From Ignavibacteriales bacterium (GTDB lineage: Bacteria; Bacteroidota; Ignavibacteria; UBA10030; UBA8401): a stretch of DNA of 64,000 nucleotides. The notes beneath the pieces are model-generated. The model did not search any database, had not been told where the DNA came from, and saw only the letters and a program-made list of their open reading frames with translations. Of the stretch, positions 50,490 through 60,162 are shown piece after piece (within the stretch, counting starts at the first letter, position 1; every line of letters begins with the position of its first letter). The stretch is from positions 23,954-87,953 of the forward strand of contig JBBINR010000010.1 in the NCBI GenBank assembly GCA_037443785.1. Direction: 5' to 3'. The translations under genes and the position numbers were made by a program.

Positions 50490-53400
50490 TTAATCAATCT
50501 TTACTTCTAAACCGAGACCTTGTAATTCACGAACCAATACGTTGAATGATTCCGGAATATTTGCCTCGGGTAAATTGTCGCCCTTGACTATAGATTCATA
50601 AACCTTTGCGCGACCCATAACGTCATCAGATTTTACTGTAAGAATCTCTTGCAGTACGTGCGATGCACCGTACGCTTGAAGCGCCCACACTTCCATCTCT
50701 CCGAATCGCTGACCGCCAAATTGTGCTTTACCGCCAAGAGGCTGTTGTGTAATCAGCGAGTACGGTCCAATTGAACGAGCGTGAATCTTATCATCAACCA
50801 AGTGTGAAAGTTTCAACATGTAAATTTGACCAACGGTTACTTCCTGATCAAATCGCTCACCGGTTCTTCCATCCTGAAGGATACTCTTTGAATCAGGATT
50901 CAATTCAGCTTTCTTTAATTCTTCTTGAACATCTTCCCAGCTTGCACCGTCGAAGATCGGCGTTGCATATTTCACTCCGAGAAGTTTTCCAGCCCAGCCA
51001 AGTGCTGTTTCAAATAACTGACCGATGTTCATACGTGAAGGAACGCCGAGCGGATTGAGAACAATATCTACCGAGCGACCATCCGGTAAGAACGGCATAT
51101 CTTCCGCGGGAACAACGGCAGCAACAACACCTTTATTTCCGTGACGACCGGCCATCTTATCACCGACAGAAAGTTTTCGTTTCTTTGCGACGTACACTTT
51201 TGCAAGCTGAACAATTCCCGGCGGCAACTCATCACCAATCGTGATTTTGTTCTTTTCGTGTTTGTATGCTTCCTCGATGTGATTGAGCGTGTCAAAATAA
51301 TTTTCGTAAATTTTTACGACAAGATTATTTTTTCGCTTTTCTTCAACCCAATCTTGTTTGAAATCGAGTTTATCGATCTTATCATTGCCAACGAAATAAT
51401 CTTCTTTGAATTGGGTTCCGCTTCTGATAATCATATTTCCTTCAACATCGCGAACACCAACCGACTTCTCTCCGTCAAGCAATAAACCTAATTTGCGTGC
51501 AAGTTTTTCGAAATGCGCGTCAACATTTTGCTTGTGCATCTTTTCAAGAAGATCGAGACGTTTCTTATCTTCCTTCTTCGTGTCAGCATCTTTCTTCTTG
51601 CGGCTGAAAAGTTTTGTTGAGATAACGATACCTTTCATGCCTGGCGGCGCTTTCAATGAAGCATCTTTCACATCGCCTGCTTTATCTCCAAAGATCGCTT
51701 TCAACAATTTTTCTTCCGGCGTCGGATCGGTTTCACCTTTCGGCGTAATCTTTCCAATCAAGATATCACCTTCTTTTACTTCAGCACCGATTCGAATAAT
51801 TCCGTTTTCGTCGAGATCTTTCGTTGCTTCTTCGGAGACGTTTGGAATTTCACGAGTTAATTCTTCTTCACCGCGTTTTGTGTCGCGAACTTGTAATTCA
51901 AATTCTTCAATGTGAACGGAAGTGAATACATCTTCTGCAACGATGCGTTCATTCATGATGATAGCGTCTTCGAAGTTATATCCACGCCACGGCATGAATG
52001 CAACGAGAAGATTTCTACCGAGGGCTAATTCACCATGATCGGTTGCACAACCATCAGCAAGAACATCGCCTTTCTTGAAGCGTTGTCCGGGAATGACAAT
52101 CGGCTTTTGATTGATCGATGTATCCTGGTTCGTTCTGAAGAATTTTACGAGACGGTATTCAACACGTCGTTTATCTTCAAAACTAACAAGCTGTTCGACG
52201 TTGTCTTCTTCGATATCATACAGCACGATGATCTTCTCACCTGAAACATTTTCTACAACACCGCTTCGCTCAGCAATAATACATGTGCGTGAATCGCGTG
52301 CAATTTTGTATTCCAAACCTGTTCCAACAATTGGTGCTTCCGGCCTCATTAACGGAACTGCTTGACGTTGCATGTTCGATCCCATCAATGCACGGTTCGC
52401 GTCATCGTGTTCAAGGAATGGGATCAACGCAGCAGCCGCACTGACGATCTGTGTTGGAGCAACGTCCATGTACTGCATTTCTTCCGGAGTATGAACAACG
52501 AAGTCACCGGCTTTACGTGCTTTCACACGATCGCTGATAAATTTTCCTTTATCATCAATTTCAGCGTTCGCCTGCGCAATGATAAATTCATCTTCTTTTT
52601 CTGCATTCAAGAATTCAATTTCTTCAGTGGCGCGGCCTTTTTTCACAACGCGATATGGAGTCTCAAGAAATCCATATTCGTTCACTCGGGCGTGCATACT
52701 CAATGAAGAAATAAGACCGATGTTCGGACCTTCAGGAGTTTCAATCGGGCACAAGCGGCCGTAATGTGTATAGTGAACGTCGCGAACTTCGAATCCAGCG
52801 CGTTCACGTGTAAGACCACCCGGTCCGAGGGCAGACATACGACGCTTGTTCGTCAGCTCTGCAAGAGGATTTGTTTGATCCATGTATTGCGAAAGAGGAT
52901 TGGTTCCGAAGAAAGTATTGATGACGCTCGAAATTGTTCTTGCATTCACCAAATCTGCCGGCGTAACTGATTCTTGATCGCGAATGTTCAATCGCTCGCG
53001 AATTGTTCTCGTCATACGAGCAAGACCGATGTTAAATTGAGCAGCAATTTGCTCACCGACTGTTCTTACGCGACGATTCCCAAGATGATCGATATCATCA
53101 ACAGCTGTTTTCCCCTGTTGAAGATCGAGAACATATTTAATGATCGCGATGATATCATCTTTGGTAAGCGTAGTAATCGATTCTTCAATATCTAATTTCA
53201 ACTTTGCATTAATACGATGACGACCTACATCTCCAAGGTCATAGCGCTTCGGGTTAAAGAACAATTTGTCGATCAAATTCTTCGCTGTATCCATATCCGG
53301 TGCATCGCCCGAACGAAGCTGACGATAGATTGTTTCTAGTGCATCCTCTTCGCTGTGCACGGCATCTTTCATGATCGTGTTTGCGATAACCGAACGCGTG

Positions 53401-54287
53401 CCTGCTTCTTCTGATCTCAAGAAACGAATTTTCTTTACTTCGGATTTCTTGATTTTCTTAATCAACTCTTCACTAACCTGAGCATCTTTATTGATGATAA
53501 TCTCACCGGTTTTTCTGTCGATCACATCGCCGCAAATAATTCTTCCGAGATAATCTTTCAAATCGATGTCGGCAACTTTCACTTCTTCAACAAGTCCGAA
53601 GAGTTCAAGAATTTCATCATCAGAGGAATAGCCGAGCGCACGCAGCAATGTTGTAACGGGGAATTTCTTTTTGCGATCGATGTACGCGTACATCACATTA
53701 TTAATATCGGTTGCAAACTCGACCCACGAACCGCGGAAGGGAATAATGCGCGCTGAAAAAATCGGCGTTCCGTTTGGATGTGTTGATTCGCTGAAAAATA
53801 CTCCGGGCGATCTGTGCAACTGACTGACGATAACACGTTCTGCGCCATTGATAATGAACGTTCCACGCTCCGTCATATACGGAAGATTTCCAAGATACAC
53901 GAGTTCTTCAATCGTATCACTGTATCCTTCGCCGCCCTCTACTTTTTGCGACAAACGCAGTTTCGCTTTCAATGGAACGGCGTATGTCAATCCGCGCTCT
54001 TGGCACTCTCTCATCGTATATTTCGGCTTTTCAACATAATATTCCGAAAATTCTAACAGATAATTTTCGCGTGTATCGGTGATAGGAAAGTTCTGCAGAA
54101 ATACTTGTTGAAGACCTTTGTTCTTCCGTTTTGACGGAGAAACTTTTTCCTGCAAAAAGTGCTCAAAGGATTCGATTTGAACGTTGAGCAAGTCAGGATA
54201 TTCGACAACATCTTGAATTGTTGCGAACGTCTGTCGGTTTGTTTTTGGATCTACATGCAATCGGGATTGGCTTTTCAAGTCAATCAC
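50490..54287 (-). CDS. rpoB: DNA-directed RNA polymerase subunit beta
   Basis: 1265 aa by the track. The conserved C-terminal region contains [14 protein letters not shown] and [10 protein letters not shown]. The codon at 54287 is GTG and abuts the GAAGGA. The in-frame TTG at 54278 has AAGGAG 8 nt upstream and is the more likely start. Confidence 0.97.
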   Translation of the reverse strand: MIDLKSQSRLHVDPKTNRQTFATIQDVVEYPDLLNVQIESFEHFLQEKVSPSKRKNKGLQQVFLQNFPITDTRENYLLEFSEYYVEKPKYTMRECQERGLTYAVPLKAKLRLSQKVEGGEGYSDTIEELVYLGNLPYMTERGTFIINGAERVIVSQLHRSPGVFFSESTHPNGTPIFSARIIPFRGSWVEFATDINNVMYAYIDRKKKFPVTTLLRALGYSSDDEILELFGLVEEVKVADIDLKDYLGRIICGDVIDRKTGEIIINKDAQVSEELIKKIKKSEVKKIRFLRSEEAGTRSVIANTIMKDAVHSEEDALETIYRQLRSGDAPDMDTAKNLIDKLFFNPKRYDLGDVGRHRINAKLKLDIEESITTLTKDDIIAIIKYVLDLQQGKTAVDDIDHLGNRRVRTVGEQIAAQFNIGLARMTRTIRERLNIRDQESVTPADLVNARTISSVINTFFGTNPLSQYMDQTNPLAELTNKRRMSALGPGGLTRERAGFEVRDVHYTHYGRLCPIETPEGPNIGLISSLSMHARVNEYGFLETPYRVVKKGRATEEIEFLNAEKEDEFIIAQANAEIDDKGKFISDRVKARKAGDFVVHTPEEMQYMDVAPTQIVSAAAALIPFLEHDDANRALMGSNMQRQAVPLMRPEAPIVGTGLEYKIARDSRTCIIAERSGVVENVSGEKIIVLYDIEEDNVEQLVSFEDKRRVEYRLVKFFRTNQDTSINQKPIVIPGQRFKKGDVLADGCATDHGELALGRNLLVAFMPWRGYNFEDAIIMNERIVAEDVFTSVHIEEFELQVRDTKRGEEELTREIPNVSEEATKDLDENGIIRIGAEVKEGDILIGKITPKGETDPTPEEKLLKAIFGDKAGDVKDASLKAPPGMKGIVISTKLFSRKKKDADTKKEDKKRLDLLEKMHKQNVDAHFEKLARKLGLLLDGEKSVGVRDVEGNMIIRSGTQFKEDYFVGNDKIDKLDFKQDWVEEKRKNNLVVKIYENYFDTLNHIEEAYKHEKNKITIGDELPPGIVQLAKVYVAKKRKLSVGDKMAGRHGNKGVVAAVVPAEDMPFLPDGRSVDIVLNPLGVPSRMNIGQLFETALGWAGKLLGVKYATPIFDGASWEDVQEELKKAELNPDSKSILQDGRTGERFDQEVTVGQIYMLKLSHLVDDKIHARSIGPYSLITQQPLGGKAQFGGQRFGEMEVWALQAYGASHVLQEILTVKSDDVMGRAKVYESIVKGDNLPEANIPESFNVLVRELQGLGLEVKID

Positions 54288-54390
54288 TCCTTCAGGTCAT
54301 ACGACCCGTATTGTTGGTTGTTAAAGATTAAAAAACTCAACGCGAAGCGATGAATTCATAAAAAATTTTGTGTAAAGACAAAACAATACA

Positions 54391-54433
54391 CAAGCCGATA
54401 GCAACTTTTTCTTTGAAAAAGGCTACCGGCTTG
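54391..54433 (-). terminator. rplL-rpoB intergenic attenuator or partial-terminator hairpin
   Basis: Long imperfect hairpin: arms 54392-54402 / 54422-54432, plus an inner stem CTTTTTC / GAAAAAG. The single arm mismatch is A-C on the plus strand but a G-U pair on the minus-strand RNA. On the minus strand it is followed by the T-rich GTGTATTGTTTTGTCTTT. Confidence 0.45.
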
Positions 54434-54504
54434 CATAATGTTCAATATATTGTATTGATAGACGTATTGGATATCAAAAAGATTCCTGAAAAAGTTAACA
54501 AAAA

Positions 54505-54882
54505 TTACTTTAACGTAACTTTTGCACCCGCTTCTTCAAGTTTCTTTTTCAAACCTTCAGCATCGGCTTTGCTGACACCTTCTTTGACTGGTTTTGGTGC
54601 GCCATCAACGAGATCTTTTGCTTCTTTCAAGCCAAGACCTGTCGCTTCACGAACAACTTTAATAACGTTGATCTTTTGTGCACCTGCATCGGTCAACTCT
54701 ACGGTGAATTCAGTTTGTTCTGCTGCTGCCGGGGCTGCTCCGCCGCCAGCAGGAGCTGCTGCCATCATAACCGGCGCCGCTGCTGATACACCGAATTTTT
54801 CTTCCAAAGCCTTCTTTAATTCAACTGCTTCAAGAAGCGTGAGTTTTTCGATTTTTTCTACGAGTTCTGCTACAACTGACAT
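54505..54882 (-). CDS. rplL: 50S ribosomal protein L7/L12
   Basis: 125 aa. Ala-rich hinge and the C-terminal domain [27 protein letters not shown]. Confidence 0.97.
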   Translation of the reverse strand: MSVVAELVEKIEKLTLLEAVELKKALEEKFGVSAAAPVMMAAAPAGGGAAPAAAEQTEFTVELTDAGAQKINVIKVVREATGLGLKEAKDLVDGAPKPVKEGVSKADAEGLKKKLEEAGAKVTLK

Positions 54883-54924
54883 GATGAGTTATCTCCTTTT
54901 ATTTTCAAAAAAATTTATGAAACG

Positions 54925-55446
54925 TTAGGCGGCTTTTTTCTTTTCAATCGCATCAAGAACGCCGACAACATCGCGAACAACAGCGTTGAGCACGCCAACC
55001 ACACCGGAAATAGGTGAGTTGAGGCTTCCGAGAATTCCCGCAACAATTTCTGCGCGCGTGGGCATGGATGCCAGTTCTTTCAACCGCGAACCGTCATATA
55101 CTTGCTTTTCGATAACACAGACTTTGAGTTTGAATTTCTCGTTCTTCTCTTGAAACTTTTGAATGATTTTAGCCGGCGCTGCAGGGTCGTCAAATGCAAA
55201 TGCAATTCCCGTCGGTCCGACAAGTTTATCGAACACTTTATCGTACCCGGAAACATTTTGCAACGCTTTTTTTGCAAGCGTGTTTTTAACTACCTTATAT
55301 TCAATACCGGATTTTCGGAATTCTCTGCGAAGCTCAGTCATCTGCTCCACATTAATCCCGGCAAAATCAGTAAAGAACATACCCTGAGCCTTGGAAACCG
55401 ATTCCTGAATTTCGGCTACTGCTTGTTCTTTTTCTGATTTGTTCAT
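54925..55446 (-). CDS. rplJ: 50S ribosomal protein L10
   Basis: 173 aa. FFTDFAGINVEQMTELRREFRKSGIEYKVVKNTLAKKA. Confidence 0.95.
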   Translation of the reverse strand: MNKSEKEQAVAEIQESVSKAQGMFFTDFAGINVEQMTELRREFRKSGIEYKVVKNTLAKKALQNVSGYDKVFDKLVGPTGIAFAFDDPAAPAKIIQKFQEKNEKFKLKVCVIEKQVYDGSRLKELASMPTRAEIVAGILGSLNSPISGVVGVLNAVVRDVVGVLDAIEKKKAA

Positions 55447-55544
55447 AGTGATTTTTTTATTGTTGTGCGCGATGAGAAGCCCCCAATTTTCATCAGGGCA
55501 TCACACACGATTATTGATTATATGAGTGCGTAAATTCTAGATTG

Positions 55545-56237
55545 TTATGCTTGAACAATTGTGCGATCAATTTGAACGCTTGGCCCCATTGTCGATGAGA
55601 CGTAAATACTTCTGATATATTGTCCTTTAGCTGTTGACGGTTTGAGCTTAACGATAGTATTGAGGAATGCGTTAATATTGTCTGTCAATTTTTCTTTTTC
55701 GAAATTTGCTTTACCGACGGTTGCATGAACAACACCGGCTTTGTCAACACGGAATTCAATCTTTCCCGCTTTCACTTCTTTTACTGCTGTTGCAACATCG
55801 ACCGTTACTGTTCCGCTTTTCGGATTCGGCATGAGACCGCGAGGACCGAGAATTTTTCCGAGCTTACCAACTTCAACCATCACATCAGGCGTTGCAATCA
55901 TCACATCGATATCAGCCCAGCCTGCTTTAATTTTTTCTACAAATTCTTCCAATCCGGCATAATCTGCACCGGCAGCTTTTGCTTCGGCGTCTTTTGGAGA
56001 TTTTGCCATAACAAGCACGCGAACTTGTTTACCAATTCCATGAGGAAGAGCAACCGTACCACGCACAGCTTGGTCGGCTTTTTTAGGATCAACACCAAGA
56101 CGAACTGCAATGTCAACTGATTCCGCAAACTTTGCCGTGGCAGAATCTTTTACTATTCCAACAGCATCCTGAATATTGTAAATCTTTTTTTGATCGTATT
56201 TTTTTACAGCAGCGCTGTACTTCTTACCGTGTTTCAT
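55545..56237 (-). CDS. rplA: 50S ribosomal protein L1
   Basis: 230 aa. [31 protein letters not shown] and [16 protein letters not shown]. Confidence 0.97.
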   Translation of the reverse strand: MKHGKKYSAAVKKYDQKKIYNIQDAVGIVKDSATAKFAESVDIAVRLGVDPKKADQAVRGTVALPHGIGKQVRVLVMAKSPKDAEAKAAGADYAGLEEFVEKIKAGWADIDVMIATPDVMVEVGKLGKILGPRGLMPNPKSGTVTVDVATAVKEVKAGKIEFRVDKAGVVHATVGKANFEKEKLTDNINAFLNTIVKLKPSTAKGQYIRSIYVSSTMGPSVQIDRTIVQA

Positions 56238-56332
56238 GTTTCTCCTTTGCCGAATCTTTTTCTTCGGCCGTGGTTCAAACGAGACGCATTAGCGCTCTCC
56301 CACTTTGTTAATAAATATGAACAACTAAAAAA

Positions 56333-56758
56333 TTATCCTTCTACCGCAATACCTAAACTCTTTGCAGTTCCTTCAACCATACTCATTGCCGCCTCTATAT
56401 CCGTGGTGTTCAGGTCAGGCATTTTGGTTTGAGCAATTTCACGAACTTGAGCTCGGGTCACTTTACCAACTTTATTTCTGTTTGGCTCTCCAGAACCCTT
56501 TGCCACTTTTGCAGCTTTCACCAACAAGACTGCAGCCGGCGGAGTCTTCGTAATAAAGGTAAACGACTTATCGGAAAACACCGTGATGATAACAGGAATA
56601 ATTAATCCTGCTTGTGCTTGAGTTCTCGCATTAAACTGTTTGCAAAACTCCATAATGTTCACGCCCTTTTGTCCAAGTGCCGGACCAACTGGCGGCGCAG
56701 GATTTGCTTGTCCTGCTGGAATTTGCAATTTAATAAATCCAACTACTTTCTTTGCCAT
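56333..56758 (-). CDS. rplK: 50S ribosomal protein L11
   Basis: 141 aa. [35 protein letters not shown]. Confidence 0.97.
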   Translation of the reverse strand: MAKKVVGFIKLQIPAGQANPAPPVGPALGQKGVNIMEFCKQFNARTQAQAGLIIPVIITVFSDKSFTFITKTPPAAVLLVKAAKVAKGSGEPNRNKVGKVTRAQVREIAQTKMPDLNTTDIEAAMSMVEGTAKSLGIAVEG

Positions 56759-56785
56759 ACTTTGTCTCTACTGATTAATTATTAA

Positions 56786-57343
56786 TTACTTTTCAATTTC
56801 AACTTGACTAAAATCTAACTCAACCGGCGTCTTTCTTCCAAAGATGCTAACCATCACTTTTAATTTTAATTTTTCTTCATTTATTTCTTGAACAAAGCCA
56901 GAAAAATTATGGAACGGTCCGCTAATCACTTTCACTGGTTCACCGATATGAAACGGAACTTCAATTCGTTCTACACCTTCTTCTTCTTTTTTCTCCTCAA
57001 TCTTTCCGATCAAACGCTTTACTTCATCCGGCTGAAGGGGAACCGGTTTATCCTTTGTTCCGACAAAACTTAAAACCGAAGGAGTGTTAAGGATTAAGTG
57101 TTTTGTCTTTTCATCAAGGACTGCCTCTACAAGAATATATCCCGGGAAAAAATTTTTGGTTTTACTTTTCTTCTTTCCATCTTTAATTTCAAAGATTTTT
57201 TCTGCAGGAACCATTACTCGCGTAATTCGCTCTTGAAGTCCTTGTATTACAGACTCATTTTCGATCGCAAGCTTTACCTTGTTCTCATGACCGGAGTACG
57301 TTCTAACAACATACCATTTATGTATAGATACATTCTCCATCAC
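56786..57343 (-). CDS. nusG: transcription termination/antitermination factor NusG
   Basis: 185 aa. NGN domain WYVVRTYSGHENKV and KOW region GEPVKVISGPFHNFSGFVQEI. Overlaps the secE stop by 1 nt. Confidence 0.95.
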   Translation of the reverse strand: MMENVSIHKWYVVRTYSGHENKVKLAIENESVIQGLQERITRVMVPAEKIFEIKDGKKKSKTKNFFPGYILVEAVLDEKTKHLILNTPSVLSFVGTKDKPVPLQPDEVKRLIGKIEEKKEEEGVERIEVPFHIGEPVKVISGPFHNFSGFVQEINEEKLKLKVMVSIFGRKTPVELDFSQVEIEK

Positions 57344-57525
57344 TAAAAAATTCCTTTAATTACCTGGCTCACCAGAGTATCGACGACATAAACAAACGCA
57401 GCGATAAATGCGCAAACTCCCAGCACAACCAATGTCGATTCTTGTAATTCTTTTTGAGTCGGCCAAGTGACTTTACCCATTTCCTTATAAACATCGGTAA
57501 AAAAATTGATAATTTTTTCTTTCAT
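57343..57525 (-). CDS. secE: preprotein translocase subunit SecE
   Basis: 60 aa with a single C-terminal TM helix. EMGKVTWPTQKELQESTLVVLGV, and position between tRNA-Trp and nusG. Confidence 0.9.
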   Translation of the reverse strand: MKEKIINFFTDVYKEMGKVTWPTQKELQESTLVVLGVCAFIAAFVYVVDTLVSQVIKGIF

Positions 57526-57547
57526 TGTTTTCCTGCCATTTTTACTG

Positions 57548-57620
57548 CACGGGTGGAGGGACTCGAACCCCCAACCAACGGTTTTGGAGACCGCTACTCT
57601 ACCAATTGAGCTACACCCGT
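57548..57620 (-). tRNA. tRNA-Trp (anticodon CCA)
   Basis: Reverse-strand cloverleaf: acceptor ACGGGTG/CACCCGT, anticodon arm GCGGT-CTCCAAA-ACCGT, T arm GGGGG-TTCGAGT-CCCTC. 73 nt, CCA not encoded. Confidence 0.9.
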
Positions 57621-57629
57621 ACTAAAAAA

Positions 57630-57779
57630 TTACTTGGTTTCTTTATGGATTTGATGTTTGTTGCAGCGAGGGCAATATTTTTTATATTCGACACGACCTG
57701 TTTGTTTCTTTTTATTTTTCGTCGTTGAATAGTTACGCTCTTTGCAAACTGTGCATTCGAGGGTGATAATATCTCTCAT
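57630..57779 (-). CDS. rpmG: 50S ribosomal protein L33 (four-Cys zinc form)
   Basis: Not in the ORF track. The reverse strand translates as [49 protein letters not shown] plus stop (49 aa). AAAGGAAAG RBS upstream. Confidence 0.9.
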   Translation of the reverse strand: MRDIITLECTVCKERNYSTTKNKKKQTGRVEYKKYCPRCNKHQIHKETK

Positions 57780-57803
57780 CGTCTTTCCTTTCGTACTTAG
57801 TAG

Positions 57804-57876
57804 AGCGGGAGACGGGACTCGAACCCGCGACCAACAGCTTGGAAGGCTGTGACTCTACCAACTGAGTTACTCCCGC
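57804..57876 (-). tRNA. tRNA-Gly (anticodon UCC)
   Basis: Reverse-strand cloverleaf: acceptor GCGGGAG/CTCCCGC, anticodon arm ACAGC-CTTCCAA-GCTGT, T arm GCGGG-TTCGAGT-CCCGT. 73 nt. Confidence 0.9.
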
Positions 57877-57891
57877 ATTATTATTCGGCAG

Positions 57892-57964
<73 letters not shown>

Positions 57965-57975
57965 ATTTGCGTTTG

Positions 57976-58058
57976 TGGGTAGGGAAGGATTCGAACCTCC
58001 GAAGCCATAAGGCGACAGATTTACAGTCTGTTGCGTTTAACCACTTCGCTACCTACCC
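57976..58058 (-). tRNA. tRNA-Tyr (anticodon GUA, long variable arm)
   Basis: Reverse-strand cloverleaf: acceptor GGGTAGG/CCTACCC, anticodon loop CTGTAAA, variable arm GCC-TTAT-GGC, T arm GGAGG-TTCGAAT-CCTTC. 83 nt. Confidence 0.9.
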
Positions 58059-58066
58059 AATCAGCG

Positions 58067-58139
58067 AGCTGGCGAGGAGACTTGAACTCCTGACCTGCTG
58101 ATTACAAGTCAGCTGCTCTACCAACTGAGCTACGCCAGC
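58067..58139 (-). tRNA. tRNA-Thr (anticodon UGU)
   Basis: Reverse-strand cloverleaf: acceptor GCTGGCG/CGCCAGC, anticodon arm GCTGA-CTTGTAA-TCAGC, T arm AGGAG-TTCAAGT-CTCCT. 73 nt. Confidence 0.9.
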
Positions 58140-58240
58140 ATCAAAAATTTCTTTCAAAAAAGACACAATACAACAGCAAACCATGTAAAAAATGAGAATT
58201 TTGCGAAAATCTCAGTAAAGGTATGCCTGCAGAGCTAATA

Positions 58241-58268
58241 AATATATAGTTTTTTACCTAAAAGTCAA
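58241..58268 (-). promoter_or_regulatory. sigma70-type promoter candidate for the tRNA / rpmG / secE-nusG cluster
   Basis: The minus strand reads TTGACT (58268-58263), a 16-nt spacer, then TATATT (58246-58241). It sits about 100 nt upstream of the first tRNA and 13 nt downstream of the stop of the preceding gene. Confidence 0.45.
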
Positions 58269-58280
58269 CAACTTAATTGA

Positions 58281-60074
58281 TTAAAAATTGATAACAAAAG
58301 AGTTTTTTGAAGTTAAAATTTCATATGCAGCAGTTTGATACTTTGATGAGGCACTCATGTTTCCATGAAATTTTTCATACATACTTCTCTGCAGTAGGAT
58401 AGACGATCCTAGCTTTTTAAGCTGTATTGAGTAAGGATTATCAACATTATTACTTCTAAATATAAACTGTAAGTGTGGAACTTCCACATAAGATGTATCT
58501 TTTGTCAAAAGCTGGGCAAATCCGAATGGAACACGATAAAACCCATTTGTATAATTTGCTTCTATTTCAGATGTAACAAAACAAAGTGTATCCGTCCCGC
58601 TTTTACTAAAAATACTTTCAAGCATATTGACATATCGAGATTCAATTGAATTAAATTCATAAGGAAGGTCATGTTCAAATTTGTACAGTTCCCCAAGGAA
58701 TAAATCAATTTCCGTTCTCGACCTTGATGTAATAACAGGATGCATCGTATTCATTTGATTAAAATACCACGAGCGGCGAAATAATTCTTTATCCAACACA
58801 ATAACATCGGGTCGAAATTTTTCGACATATTGAAAATAATACGACGCGGAAACAAAATAATCCCATTGATATGATAGTATGGTTGAGTTGAGTGGCAGAT
58901 TGTTTAAAATATTTTTCGTGTAATCTTCAACGATATAATTTTTACTTTGATCTACTTCTGCCCAATTTTTTGTTACTTGAAGGGAAAGGATGCATGCTAA
59001 AATAATTCCTCCAAACTTCCATGTAATAGATTCAATCAATTTCAAAATTCCAAATGTCGCAAATAGCATCAATGAAATAAATGCGAGAAGAAAATACGAA
59101 TCAATATCATGAATATCGTAATTGATTGAATATGCGACGCATGAAACTAGCAAAAGTGCAATAAAGAAAAACTTCTTTCTGTCGCTAAATAAAACAATCA
59201 AAGCTCCTGCTAGAAAAAAAAGAAGCGGTATGTAATAAAATTCTTTGAGAGTACTTTGTAGAAAATAATCGAACTGCTTCTTTGCAGCATCAGTTGAAGA
59301 AAACATCCACACCCGAAATTGTTTTCCCGTAAAATGCCACCAGAATTTTTCAAATGTTTGTGGATTTCCCCAATTAAGGAGTGGACTACTTGCTGACCGA
59401 ATCGGAAGATACAAATAGGCAGAAAGCCCAAGAAAAAACGGAAGTGTTAATTTTAGAATTCGATCAACCGCCGCTTTTGCAAATTTATACTCCATAAAAA
59501 AAAGAAATAGAAATGCTGGCGCGAGTAATATGGTGGTCAAATGATTTGTGAAAGCCAGCCCAAGCGTATATGCAAACAAATACCAAAAAGACGATTCATC
59601 TTCATTAATAGCTTTGATGAAAAATAGAGTTGTCAAACAAATCAATAATAGATGGAGCGAATACACTTCAACTGAAACTGCCTGATCCCAAAATGTTTTT
59701 GAGAATGCAAGGAAGAGTGTTGCAAAGCCCGCAGAAATAATCTTTAGAAATCGTTCAACTTTCCTTCCCAATAATTCCATCGCGAGGAAGAAAAACACAA
59801 TTGCGGCAATCGATGTGAACAACGCTGACATTACATTCAATCGAACAATTTCTTTTGCTGCAATAGGAAGTATTGAAAAAATTCTTCCAACCAGCGTAAA
59901 AAGAGGGTATCCTGTTGGGTGAGCAATGCCAAGTGTGCATGCGACCGTTGCTAATTCGCCGCTATCGATAAAACCTACCGTCGGTGCTAATGTAAAAAGA
60001 TACACCGGAAATATAATCAGCCACAGAATTACAGCCGTAATATTTTCTGGATATTTTTGAATGAAGGGTTTCAT
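58281..60074 (-). CDS. DUF2723-type polytopic membrane protein (putative glycosyltransferase-like)
   Basis: Many TM helices. The N-terminal segment LAPTVGFIDSGELATVACTLGIAHPTGYPLFTLVGRIF matches the D.GE...LG..HP.GYPL hallmark of DUF2723. ATG 60074 is preferred over the track TTG 60116, because an 11-bp inverted repeat occupies 60087-60140. Confidence 0.65.
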   Translation of the reverse strand: MKPFIQKYPENITAVILWLIIFPVYLFTLAPTVGFIDSGELATVACTLGIAHPTGYPLFTLVGRIFSILPIAAKEIVRLNVMSALFTSIAAIVFFFLAMELLGRKVERFLKIISAGFATLFLAFSKTFWDQAVSVEVYSLHLLLICLTTLFFIKAINEDESSFWYLFAYTLGLAFTNHLTTILLAPAFLFLFFMEYKFAKAAVDRILKLTLPFFLGLSAYLYLPIRSASSPLLNWGNPQTFEKFWWHFTGKQFRVWMFSSTDAAKKQFDYFLQSTLKEFYYIPLLFFLAGALIVLFSDRKKFFFIALLLVSCVAYSINYDIHDIDSYFLLAFISLMLFATFGILKLIESITWKFGGIILACILSLQVTKNWAEVDQSKNYIVEDYTKNILNNLPLNSTILSYQWDYFVSASYYFQYVEKFRPDVIVLDKELFRRSWYFNQMNTMHPVITSRSRTEIDLFLGELYKFEHDLPYEFNSIESRYVNMLESIFSKSGTDTLCFVTSEIEANYTNGFYRVPFGFAQLLTKDTSYVEVPHLQFIFRSNNVDNPYSIQLKKLGSSILLQRSMYEKFHGNMSASSKYQTAAYEILTSKNSFVINF

Positions 60075-60086
60075 ATTTAAAATAGT

Positions 60087-60140
60087 TTTGCCGCAATAAA
60101 CATGGGAAAAATACAAACTTTTCTCAGAAATTGCGGCAAA
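60087..60140 (-). promoter_or_regulatory. 11-bp inverted repeat between the DUF5916-like and DUF2723-like genes (hairpin, function unknown)
   Basis: TTTGCCGCAAT (60087-60097) and ATTGCGGCAAA (60130-60140) are perfect complements separated by 32 nt. Confidence 0.3.
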
Positions 60141-60162
60141 AATTACAACTTCTCTATAAATT

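Noticed and set aside
54368-54928. 186-aa plus-strand ORF rich in Ala, Ser and Pro
   Set aside because: It is exactly antisense to rplL and the end of rplJ. Its low-complexity composition mirrors the Ala-rich L7/L12 hinge. It has no RBS, and the minus-strand genes are unambiguous.
55447-55544. Possible L10 (rplJ) autoregulatory leader, and an L1-binding mimic in 56238-56332
   Set aside because: Short hairpins can be drawn, such as GATGA...TCATC and GCCGAA...TTCGGC. I could not recognise the conserved leader motifs by eye, and an Rfam scan would be needed. They are therefore not reported as features.
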